Source of the DNA: an uncultured Candidatus Saccharibacteria bacterium
GTDB lineage: Bacteria; Patescibacteriota; Minisyncoccia; Minisyncoccales; PEYH01
Assembly (NCBI GenBank): GCA_964470785.1
Contig: CAYYED010000022.1
Coordinates: 8,277-32,276, forward strand
DNA: 24,000 nt
Direction: 5' to 3'
Made by a program: the position numbers and the translations under genes
Notes under the pieces: generated by a model
The model's database searches: none
Seen by the model: only the letters and a program-made list of their open reading frames with translations
Told to the model about the DNA's origin: nothing
In this document: in pieces, positions 13,533-21,552 of the stretch
How positions within the stretch are numbered: the stretch's first letter is position 1
Layout of the letters: the number at the start of each line of letters is the position of its first letter

Positions 13533-14888
13533 ATGAATTATATTTCTTTTGAAAAAATCTTTTTCCCTAAAAGCATAGTCATTATCGGAGCTACGGACAG
13601 AAAAGGTTCGGTGGGCAGGGGATTGGTAGAAAACGCTTTTCAGGGGAAAAAGCAGAGAAAAGTATATTTGGTTAATCCGAACAGAAAAAAGGTCTTCGGG
13701 AAAAAAGTTTACTCAAGCATAAATGATATTAAGGAAAGAATAGACCTTGCCGTGATTGCTGTTCCGGCAAATGTTGTTTTAGGAACGGTAAAGCAGTGCT
13801 GTCAAAAATGGGTAGGTTCAATTATTATTGTTTCTGCCGGTTTTGCCGAGATTGGGGAAAAAGGCAAAGAGCTTCAGGAAAAAATCAAACGAGAATGCGC
13901 TAAAAAAAATATTCCTTTTATTGGACCAAATTGCTTGGGAATTATTAGGCCCTCTATTGTGTTAAATGCCTCTTTTGCCCCGCTGGTTCCTAAATCCGGA
14001 GGTATTACTCTTATTTCCCAATCCGGTGCATTGATTGATTCTATTATTGCCCTTTCTAAAGAAAAAAATTACGGGTTTGCCAATGTTATTTCTTACGGCA
14101 ATGAAGCAGGCATAACCTTGCCTGATTTTTTAAACTGGGCCGGACAAGACAAGGAAACAAAAGTAATTGCCTTATATCTGGAAGGATTAAAAGACGGCAG
14201 AGAATTTCTTAAAATAGCCCAAAGAATCACCCAAGAAAAACCAATTGTTGTTTTAAAAGGCGGTAAAACAGAAATAACCAGAAAAGCGGTTTCTTCCCAT
14301 ACCGGGGCTTTGGCCGGACAAAGTAAGGTCTATTCAGCCGCTTTTAAGCAATCCGGGATTATTGAAGTGAACTCTGTTCAGGAATTATTAGATGTAAGCA
14401 AGGCACTTTCTTGGCAGCCCAAATGCAAAAACGGAATTGGAATAATAACCAATGGAGGCGGAGCCGGTATCCTATGCACCGATTATTGCGGGCAAGCAGG
14501 AATTAATCTTCCCGGAATGTCAAGAGAGGTTGTAAAAAAATTAGAAAAGTCAAAAATAATGCATCAGGGATTTTCTAAAAGCAATCCCTTGGACATTATT
14601 GGAGATGCGCTGTCAGAAAGATATCAGTTGGCAATTGGAGCAATGTTATCGCAGAAAAACATTTATGGATTAATAGTTATCCAGACCCTTCAGATTATGA
14701 CCGAACCGGAAAAAAATGCTAAAATAATTGTAAAAATCAAGCAAAAGCATAAAGAAAAACCGATTATTAGCATATTCATGGGCGGAAGTTTAGACGGAAA
14801 AGCACATCAAATTTTAGAGCAAAACCAAATACCGAATTATCCGGATCCTTTAAGAGCGGTGAAGGCGATGAGAGCACTAGTTAGATAA
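13533..14888 (+). CDS. Acetate--CoA ligase (ADP-forming), CoA-binding/ligase-CoA (alpha-like) subunit
   Basis: FFPKSIVIIGATDRKGSVGRGL CoA-binding start, GPNCLGI, and SQSGAL...SHTGALAG (phospho-His region). I prefer ATG 13533 over the ORF-track TTG at 13494, which overlaps the upstream stop and a GTCGAC...GTCGAC palindrome. Confidence 0.8.
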   Translation: MNYISFEKIFFPKSIVIIGATDRKGSVGRGLVENAFQGKKQRKVYLVNPNRKKVFGKKVYSSINDIKERIDLAVIAVPANVVLGTVKQCCQKWVGSIIIVSAGFAEIGEKGKELQEKIKRECAKKNIPFIGPNCLGIIRPSIVLNASFAPLVPKSGGITLISQSGALIDSIIALSKEKNYGFANVISYGNEAGITLPDFLNWAGQDKETKVIALYLEGLKDGREFLKIAQRITQEKPIVVLKGGKTEITRKAVSSHTGALAGQSKVYSAAFKQSGIIEVNSVQELLDVSKALSWQPKCKNGIGIITNGGGAGILCTDYCGQAGINLPGMSREVVKKLEKSKIMHQGFSKSNPLDIIGDALSERYQLAIGAMLSQKNIYGLIVIQTLQIMTEPEKNAKIIVKIKQKHKEKPIISIFMGGSLDGKAHQILEQNQIPNYPDPLRAVKAMRALVR

Positions 14889-14945
14889 CAAATCCTAATT
14901 TCAAAATCCAAATATGGCAAACTCTGGACTCAAAACCAATAGATA

Positions 14946-15061
14946 ATTTTCAATTTTCAATTTTCAATCAATTTTCAATTCTTAAATTTTCAATTGAAAA
15001 TTAGGAAATTAAGAAATTGTTAAATTCATTCGTAAATTGAAAATTCGTAAATTGAAAATTT
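14946..15061. repeat. AT-type repeat cluster (TTTTCAA(T) heptamers, AATTTTCAATTGAAAATT palindrome, 2 x TTCGTAAATTGAAAA)
   Basis: Direct visual repeats occupy the whole acd-ppsA spacer. Confidence 0.8.
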
Positions 15062-15110
15062 CGACCCGTAGCTTTACGCTTTCATATTAAAAATTATAAA
15101 TATTAGTATT

Positions 15111-18100
15111 ATGCCTATCAAAAACAAACAGCTCATCTTCTGGTTTAACAAACTTACCCATAAAGACGTCCCTTTTGTGGGAGGAAAAAACGCTTCCTTG
15201 GGAGAAATGTATCAGCATTTAATCAAAAAGGGTATTAATATCCCCAACGGCTTTGCTTCTTCTTCTTATGCTTATTTTTATTTTTTAAAGAGTAAGGGCA
15301 TTTGGGATAGAATAGAAAAAATTGTAAAAACACACAATTTAAATGATGTGGCGCAGCTGCAAACCGCAGGTAAAAAAATCAGAAGCCTTATTTTAAAAAC
15401 CAACCTGCCCGAGGATTTGGAAAAAGAGATAATAATCGCCTACAAGAAACTTTCTAAACATTATAAAGAAAAAAATACCGATGTGGCCGTACGAAGCTCT
15501 GCGACAGCAGAAGACCTGCCCAGCATTGCTGCCGATGAAATGGTCTTGGTAAAAATGGGAGACAAAATAAAATACCTTGAAGTAGAAAAGGTATTTGACC
15601 TTCAGCAACAGGTAGAAAACCAGGGCCAACTCTTTGTTCCTTCTTTAAATAATGAGGGAAAAATAGGATGGCACAAAGCAATAGAAGTTTATAAACACCC
15701 TGCTCATAATAAAAAACTTTATAAAATCACTACCCGTTCTGGAAGAGAAATTACTATAACCAAAGATCACTCTCTTCTTACGCTAGACTCCGAAACCCTT
15801 AACATAAAAATATGTTCTATTGATGATGTTAACAGCTCTACCCGCGTTCCGGTAATAAAGCATCTTCCCCTTGCAGAAAAAAAACCTACGTTTTTAGATG
15901 TAGAGAAAATAATAGAATCAAGGCCAACAATAGTTGATAATAAAAGAGTAAAAATAAAACAAAAAAACACCCTTAATCAACAATATGGGTTGCCTGCAAA
16001 GATGTCTATCAATAATGATTTTGCTTATTTTCTAGGAATTTATCTGGCTGAAGGTTCAATATATGAAAAGCAAAACGCTATTGATATATATTGTGACTCG
16101 CAGGAAGTGTTGAAAAGGGTAAGAAAATTTTACAAATCAATCAACAGTTATAATCCTAATAAAATAAAAAGCAAGAGAAAGGTTAGGGTAGCTAATGCTG
16201 TTTTGGCTGCGCTTCTTCACGACATTAGTGGAAAACCTTTGCCATTTTCTGGAAAAGGAAGATCGGCAAGAACTAAACATGTACCGGATTTTATGTTTGT
16301 TCAATCCGAAAAAATTATTGGTCAATTTATAAGAGGATTATTTGATGGAGATGGTTGGATTGAACAAAGTGGTATATATTACTGTTCTTTATCTAAAAAA
16401 TTAATTGGCGGAATATCGGAATTATTGTCAATGCTGCAAATAAAACATTATCTCACCAAAAATTGCACCAACATAAGTATTCCGACAAGTGAAGCAAAAA
16501 AGTTTGAACAGCTTGTTGGTTTTGAAGAACAAGGAAAAAAGCAAAAACTAAATGCCTTGATTAATAACTATCAAACAAGAACTAAGCATCAGGATTTTAT
16601 TGAAACTTTTCCTCCTGGTAAAAAAATAACTGAATTATTAGAGGCAAAGTTAAAACCCCGGCCACAATTACAAAAAATTAAGGTCTTTCTGTGTCCAAAA
16701 TGCGGAACAGAACTAAGAAAAAATGGTTCCTATTCTATCTACCAGAATACGATGGTAAAAATTAGCCGTTATTATTGCAAAAATTGCCACTTTAGTCCAT
16801 CTGAAAGAAGCAACCTTAATTTGCCAAGCCAGTTCACACATAGATATCTTTATTATGATAAATTAGGCAGATTTCAGAAAAACACTATTCCTTGGAACAA
16901 GGGCAACCGAAAACAGCGCTTAACCTACGGAGCTGGCTATTTAAAAAAATTGGCCGAAGAGATAAATTCTCAAGAATTACAAAAAATAACCGACGCTGAC
17001 GTGATGTGGGATAGAATTGTAAAAATTGAACCAATCAAATATTCGGGTTTTGTGTATGATTTTGTGGTTCCAAAAACTCAAAATTTTGCTGCAGGCATAG
17101 GAAGTGTTATTACTCACAACACGGCTTCTTTTGCGGGTCAGCAGGAGACATATCTAAATATTAAAGGAGAAAAGGAGCTTTTGCTTGCTTTTAAAAAATG
17201 TATTGCTTCTTTGTTTACCGACCGAGCTATTTCTTATCGGGAACAAAAAGGTTTTGACCATTTAGAAATTGCCCTTTCCGTGGGGGTGCAAAAAATGGTG
17301 CGTTCAGATATCGGGTCCTCGGGCGTAATGTTTACTTTAGACACGGAAACCGGTTTTAAAAACATTGTACTCATTAATTCTATCTGGGGGATAGGAGAAA
17401 TGATTGTTCAGGGAAAAATCACGCCTGACGAATTTCTTGTTTTTAAGCCGACCCTGACCTTGCCGAAGGGTCGTCAAAAATATCAGCCAATTATTGTCAA
17501 AAATTTGGGCAGAAAGACAAAGAAATTTGTTTACGGTAAAAAAGGCGGATTAAAAGAAGTAATTGTTTCTCCCGGTAAACAGCTCCAATTTTCATTAAAT
17601 GATAAAGATATCCTTACTTTAGCCAAATGGGGAGTAATAATTGAAGAACATTATTCTAAAATCTGGAATAAATGGATGCCCCAAGATATTGAATGGGCAA
17701 AAGATGGAAAGACCGGAGAATTATTTATTGTGCAATCAAGGCCGGAAACCATACATGCAGTAAAGAAAGAAGCGATTTATGAAAAATATGAAGTAGACAC
17801 TAAAAAAGAACCAATTGTGAAAGGCATTGCCATTGGCGATAAAATCGGCCAAGGTAAGGCAAATATCATTCCGAGCGTGAAAAATATGAGAAGGTTTAAA
17901 CAAGGAGATGTTTTGGTAACTAATATGACAGACCCGGACTGGGTGGTGATTATGAAAATGGCATCAGCCATTGTAACTAATGAGGGTGGTAAAAGCTGTC
18001 ATAGCGCAATTGTTTCCCGGGAGCTGGGTATTCCCTGTATTGTTGGAACACGGAACGCTACTAAAATTATAAAAAACGGACAATATATTACCGTGGACTG

Positions 18101-19145
18101 CACCCAAGGGTTAAATGGCAAAGTTTTTGAAGGAAAGGTGCCCTATAAGGTAGAGAAAATTAATCTTAAAAAAGTGCCGAAGTTAAAAACAAAAATTTCT
18201 GTCAACATTGGAGCTCCGGAACTGGCATTTAAGACATCATTTTTGCCTGTGGACGGAGTCGGCCTGGCAAGAGAAGAGTTTATTATTGCCCAAAAAATTC
18301 AAGTCCACCCCTTGGCGCTTTACCACTATAAAAAGCTCAAAAAACAAAGCGCGAAAAACAAAGAACTAAAACCGCTAATTAAGAAAATAGAAGAAATCAC
18401 CGTAGAGCATAAAGACAAAAAAGAATTCTTTATTAAAGAATTGGCAGAAGGCATTGCCCAAATTGCTGCCGCTTTCTGGCCCAATGAAGTAATTGTCAGG
18501 TTTTCTGATTTTAAGACCAATGAATATGCCCAATTGGTGGGAGGAGAATTATATGAACCCAAGGAAGAAAACCCTATGATTGGCTGGCGAGGGGCCTCCA
18601 GATATTATGACCCTGCGTTTGCTCCGGCTTTTAGAATGGAGTGTATGGCAATTAAAAGAGTAAGAGAGGTTTTTGGCTTAAAAAATGTAACCGTAATGAT
18701 TCCTTTCTGCCGCACCACCGAAGAAGGGGAAAAGGTGCTCAAAATTATGAGTAAACACGGGCTTAAAAGAGAAAAAGGGGCACAGGGGCTAAAAGCGTAT
18801 GTAATGTGTGAAATTCCTTCTAACATTCTCTTGGCAGACAAATTTTTAGACATTTTTGACGGAATGAGCATTGGCTCCAACGACTTGACTCAATTGACCA
18901 TGGGCTTAGACAGAGACAATGCCACTCTTGTCCATATTGCTGATGAAAGAAATCCAGCTGTTTTAGAGCAGTTAAAAACAGTAATCAGAAAATGCCGACA
19001 GAGAAAAAAATATGTTGGCATTTGCGGAGATGCGCCTTCTACTTTTATTGACTTTGCCCGATTTTTGGAAAAAGAAAAAATAGATGCCCTATCCTTAAGC
19101 CCTGACGCGGTGATTAAAACTTTACTGCAGATAAATAAAAAATAA
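15111..19145 (+). CDS. ppsA: Phosphoenolpyruvate synthase (pyruvate, water dikinase) interrupted by a 533-aa intein
   Basis: N-extein ends VAVRSSATAEDLP and the C-extein resumes TASFAGQQETYLNI. Phospho-His domain GGKSCHSAIVSRELGIPCIVG. PEP-utilising C-terminus SIGSNDLTQLTMGLDRDN. The two exteins together total 811 aa. Confidence 0.95.
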   Translation: MPIKNKQLIFWFNKLTHKDVPFVGGKNASLGEMYQHLIKKGINIPNGFASSSYAYFYFLKSKGIWDRIEKIVKTHNLNDVAQLQTAGKKIRSLILKTNLPEDLEKEIIIAYKKLSKHYKEKNTDVAVRSSATAEDLPSIAADEMVLVKMGDKIKYLEVEKVFDLQQQVENQGQLFVPSLNNEGKIGWHKAIEVYKHPAHNKKLYKITTRSGREITITKDHSLLTLDSETLNIKICSIDDVNSSTRVPVIKHLPLAEKKPTFLDVEKIIESRPTIVDNKRVKIKQKNTLNQQYGLPAKMSINNDFAYFLGIYLAEGSIYEKQNAIDIYCDSQEVLKRVRKFYKSINSYNPNKIKSKRKVRVANAVLAALLHDISGKPLPFSGKGRSARTKHVPDFMFVQSEKIIGQFIRGLFDGDGWIEQSGIYYCSLSKKLIGGISELLSMLQIKHYLTKNCTNISIPTSEAKKFEQLVGFEEQGKKQKLNALINNYQTRTKHQDFIETFPPGKKITELLEAKLKPRPQLQKIKVFLCPKCGTELRKNGSYSIYQNTMVKISRYYCKNCHFSPSERSNLNLPSQFTHRYLYYDKLGRFQKNTIPWNKGNRKQRLTYGAGYLKKLAEEINSQELQKITDADVMWDRIVKIEPIKYSGFVYDFVVPKTQNFAAGIGSVITHNTASFAGQQETYLNIKGEKELLLAFKKCIASLFTDRAISYREQKGFDHLEIALSVGVQKMVRSDIGSSGVMFTLDTETGFKNIVLINSIWGIGEMIVQGKITPDEFLVFKPTLTLPKGRQKYQPIIVKNLGRKTKKFVYGKKGGLKEVIVSPGKQLQFSLNDKDILTLAKWGVIIEEHYSKIWNKWMPQDIEWAKDGKTGELFIVQSRPETIHAVKKEAIYEKYEVDTKKEPIVKGIAIGDKIGQGKANIIPSVKNMRRFKQGDVLVTNMTDPDWVVIMKMASAIVTNEGGKSCHSAIVSRELGIPCIVGTRNATKIIKNGQYITVDCTQGLNGKVFEGKVPYKVEKINLKKVPKLKTKISVNIGAPELAFKTSFLPVDGVGLAREEFIIAQKIQVHPLALYHYKKLKKQSAKNKELKPLIKKIEEITVEHKDKKEFFIKELAEGIAQIAAAFWPNEVIVRFSDFKTNEYAQLVGGELYEPKEENPMIGWRGASRYYDPAFAPAFRMECMAIKRVREVFGLKNVTVMIPFCRTTEEGEKVLKIMSKHGLKREKGAQGLKAYVMCEIPSNILLADKFLDIFDGMSIGSNDLTQLTMGLDRDNATLVHIADERNPAVLEQLKTVIRKCRQRKKYVGICGDAPSTFIDFARFLEKEKIDALSLSPDAVIKTLLQINKK
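15522..17120 (+). mobile_element. Intein (533 aa) with a LAGLIDADG homing-endonuclease domain and an internal CxxC...CxxC zinc ribbon
   Basis: Block A SIAADEMVLVKMGD (Ser1). Block B TITKDHSLLT. LAGLIDADG motifs FLGIYLAEGS and FIRGLFDGDGWI. Blocks F/G VYDFVVPKTQNFAAGIGSVITHN followed by Thr at +1. Zinc ribbon CPKCG...CKNCH at about 16692-16790. Confidence 0.85.
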
Positions 19146-19335
19146 CGCTCATTCTGAGCCATTCCCTCCGCGTCATTCTAGCCCTTTCTCTCCACGTCAT
19201 TCTGAGTCAGCAGACGAAGAATCCCGTAGTATTACAGAAAAGTATCGGGATCCTTCGCTCCGCTCAGGATGACAGTGGTGTGAAACAACGGGATCCTTCG
19301 CCCCTCGACAAGCTCGGGGCTCAGGATGACGGTGG
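19146..19335. repeat. GC-rich REP-like cluster (3 x (G/C)TCATTCT(G)AG units, then inverted CTCAGGATGAC units)
   Basis: Direct units near 19148, 19172 and 19195. Inverse units at 19264-19274 and 19320-19330. CGCCCCTCGACAAGCTCGGGGCTCAGGATGACGG is the reverse family of 12605-12640. Confidence 0.85.
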
Positions 19336-19358
19336 AGAGGGGCCAGGATAATCTTAAT

Positions 19359-20312
19359 ATGAAAAAATATGATGTTATAACTTTTGGGTCAGCAAGCGAA
19401 GATATTTTTGTCTTTTCCGAGGATTTTTTTAAGAAAAATTTGTGTTTTCCTTTGAACGAAAAACTGGAAATGGATAATATTTTAACTCGAACCGGAGGTG
19501 GAGGCACTAATGCGGCAGCTACTTTTGCTTTACAAGGACTAAAAACCGCTTACTGTGGAAGTATTGGAACGGACTGGGCAGGACAACAGATGGTAAAAGA
19601 TTTAAAAAAATTCAACATTTCTCAAAACCTTTTATCTCAATTAGCTAATAAAAAGACCAATTGTTCGGTAATTTTGAGCAAAAAACAGGAAGGAAGGGTC
19701 TTACTGATATATCGCGATGCCTCTAATTTTCCACCAAAAATCTTTAAGCCAGAAAAATTAAAAACAAAATGGTTTTACATTGCTCCTTTGGCCGGAGAAA
19801 TGTCTAAAAAAACTAATGCTTTTTTAAATTTTGCCAAAAAAAACAATATTAAAGTAGCTCTTAACCCCAGTAAACAACAAATTAAATGGCTAAAAATTAA
19901 TCTTAAGCATATTCTGCCTAAAATAGACGTTATCTTAATGAATGAGATAGAGGCAAATTTGCTTTTTGGAGATTATGGTAATCCAAAAAAATGTTTTCAA
20001 AAAATTAAACCTTATTTAAGGGGAATCTTCGCTACGGGCAGTAAAAGCAGGTTAATAATTTTTGATGGTAGCTATATCTATACTGCTAAATTTAAATTAG
20101 CCAGAAAAAAAGTGGAAGATATGACCGGCGGGGGAGATGCTTTCGGTTCTGGACTTATTTCCCGTATTATTCAGGGGAAAAGCCTTGAACAGGCAATTCA
20201 ATTTGCCTCTGCTAATGCAGCCGCTTGTGTGCGAAAATGGGGAGCCAAAGAAGGACTTTTGAAAAAAAATGAAAAATATCAAAAAGTAAAAGTAAAAAAA
20301 ATAAAAATATAA
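19359..20312 (+). CDS. PfkB-family carbohydrate kinase (ribokinase-like)
   Basis: GGGGTNAAATFALQG and DMTGGGDAFGSGLISRI (PfkB signature 2). I prefer ATG 19359 (MKKYDVITFGSA) because the ORF-track start at 19326 lies inside the REP element. Confidence 0.8.
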   Translation: MKKYDVITFGSASEDIFVFSEDFFKKNLCFPLNEKLEMDNILTRTGGGGTNAAATFALQGLKTAYCGSIGTDWAGQQMVKDLKKFNISQNLLSQLANKKTNCSVILSKKQEGRVLLIYRDASNFPPKIFKPEKLKTKWFYIAPLAGEMSKKTNAFLNFAKKNNIKVALNPSKQQIKWLKINLKHILPKIDVILMNEIEANLLFGDYGNPKKCFQKIKPYLRGIFATGSKSRLIIFDGSYIYTAKFKLARKKVEDMTGGGDAFGSGLISRIIQGKSLEQAIQFASANAAACVRKWGAKEGLLKKNEKYQKVKVKKIKI

Positions 20313-20337
20313 CATTTATGACGATCGTCATAAATGT
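20312..20337. repeat. Perfect 26-bp palindrome ACATTTATGACGATCGTCATAAATGT, overlapping the last base of the PfkB stop codon
   Basis: Self-complementary around a central GATC. Confidence 0.85.
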
Positions 20338-20361
20338 AATACTATTATTAAAATAATAAAT

Positions 20362-20399
20362 ATTGAATAATAAGTATTGTATTGAATAATAAGTATTGT
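20362..20399. repeat. Perfect tandem duplication of a 19-bp unit ATTGAATAATAAGTATTGT
   Basis: Units at 20362-20380 and 20381-20399. Related ATTGAA fragments follow up to the trpS start. Confidence 0.85.
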
Positions 20400-20466
20400 A
20401 TTAAATTGAATTAAATAATAATAGGTATTGAATATTGGATATTGAAGATAAAAATATAAAAAAATT

Positions 20467-21534
20467 ATGCCAACTAAAGATATCAAAGAAAATAAAGCTA
20501 TCAAAAAAATCGTGTTAACCGGTGACAGGCCCACCGGGCCTTTGCATTTGGGCCATTATGTCGGTTCCTTAAAAAACCGAGTTGATTTTCAAGATAAGCA
20601 TGATTGCTATTTTATTATCGCCGATTATCAGGTGCTGACCGACCAGCTTCATAAAACAAAAGAAATTGAAAAAAATATCCGAGAGATAGTGCTGGATTAT
20701 TTATCTGTGGGCATTGACCCGGAAAAATCAACTATTTTTGTCCAATCGCAAATTCCGGAAATTGCCGAACTTAATTTAATCTTTTCTATGCTGGTTACTT
20801 TGGCCCGAGTACAAAGAAATCCGACGGTAAAAGAAGAAATTAACGCTTCGGGCACTAAAAGAGCAAGCTTGGGATTTATCAGTTATCCGGTATCGCAGGT
20901 GGCAGATATTTTGTGTGTAAGAGCCGATTTGGTGCCGGTAGGCAAAGACCAATTGCCTCATATTGAAATGACCAGAGAAATTGCTTCCACTTTTAACCGG
21001 TTATTTAAAAAAGTATTTCCTTTGCCCGAAGCAATTCAAAGCCAAAACCCCGGCCTGCCGGGATTAGACGGCAAAAAAATGTCTAAATCAAGAAATAATG
21101 CTATTTTTTTGTCTGATGCTCCTAATGTTGTGGAAGAAAAAGTAATGAAAGCCATTACCGACCCTCAAAAAATTCACTTAAACGACAAGGGGCATCCGGA
21201 AATTTGCAATATTTATAAGTATTACAAAGCGCTATTTACCCCCTCCTTAATCCTCCCCCTTAAAAAAGGGGGGGGAGGAGAGGGGATGGTTGAAGCCGAA
21301 AGAATTAAACAATTATGCCGGGAAGGAAAACTTGGGTGCGTAGATTGTAAAAAACAGTTTGCTCAAATGTTAAATCAATTTTTAGAACCAATCCGAGAAA
21401 AACGGGCTCAATTTGCTAAAGAACCGAATTTAATAAAAGAAATTTTAGAACAGGGAAGAATCAAGACCCAAAAAAGAGCCGCAGAAACCCTGGCTCTTGT
21501 TAAACAAGCAATGGGAATAAAATATAATATCTAA
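20467..21534 (+). CDS. trpS: Tryptophan--tRNA ligase with Cys motif for an Fe-S cluster and a 14-aa in-frame insertion
   Basis: TGDRPTGPLHLGHYVGSL (HIGH-type), KKMSKS, and C-x36-C-x6-C-x2-C near the C-terminus. Confidence 0.9.
   Translation: MPTKDIKENKAIKKIVLTGDRPTGPLHLGHYVGSLKNRVDFQDKHDCYFIIADYQVLTDQLHKTKEIEKNIREIVLDYLSVGIDPEKSTIFVQSQIPEIAELNLIFSMLVTLARVQRNPTVKEEINASGTKRASLGFISYPVSQVADILCVRADLVPVGKDQLPHIEMTREIASTFNRLFKKVFPLPEAIQSQNPGLPGLDGKKMSKSRNNAIFLSDAPNVVEEKVMKAITDPQKIHLNDKGHPEICNIYKYYKALFTPSLILPLKKGGGGEGMVEAERIKQLCREGKLGCVDCKKQFAQMLNQFLEPIREKRAQFAKEPNLIKEILEQGRIKTQKRAAETLALVKQAMGIKYNI
21239..21285. repeat. C-rich/G-rich palindromic REP-like element lying in frame inside trpS
   Basis: CCCCCTCCTTAATCCTCCCCC-TTAAAAAA-GGGGGGGGAGGAGAGGGG encodes TPSLILPLKKGGGGEG. 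It contains a G8 run at 21268-21275 and is the same style as 4763-4811. Confidence 0.7.
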
Positions 21535-21552
21535 CTGAGGAAGGAGTTTTTA

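Noticed and set aside
19326-19358. ATG 19326 as the PfkB kinase start
   Set aside because: The first 11 codons lie inside the REP element (CTCAGGATGACGGTGG). ATG 19359 gives the typical MKKYDVITFG start.
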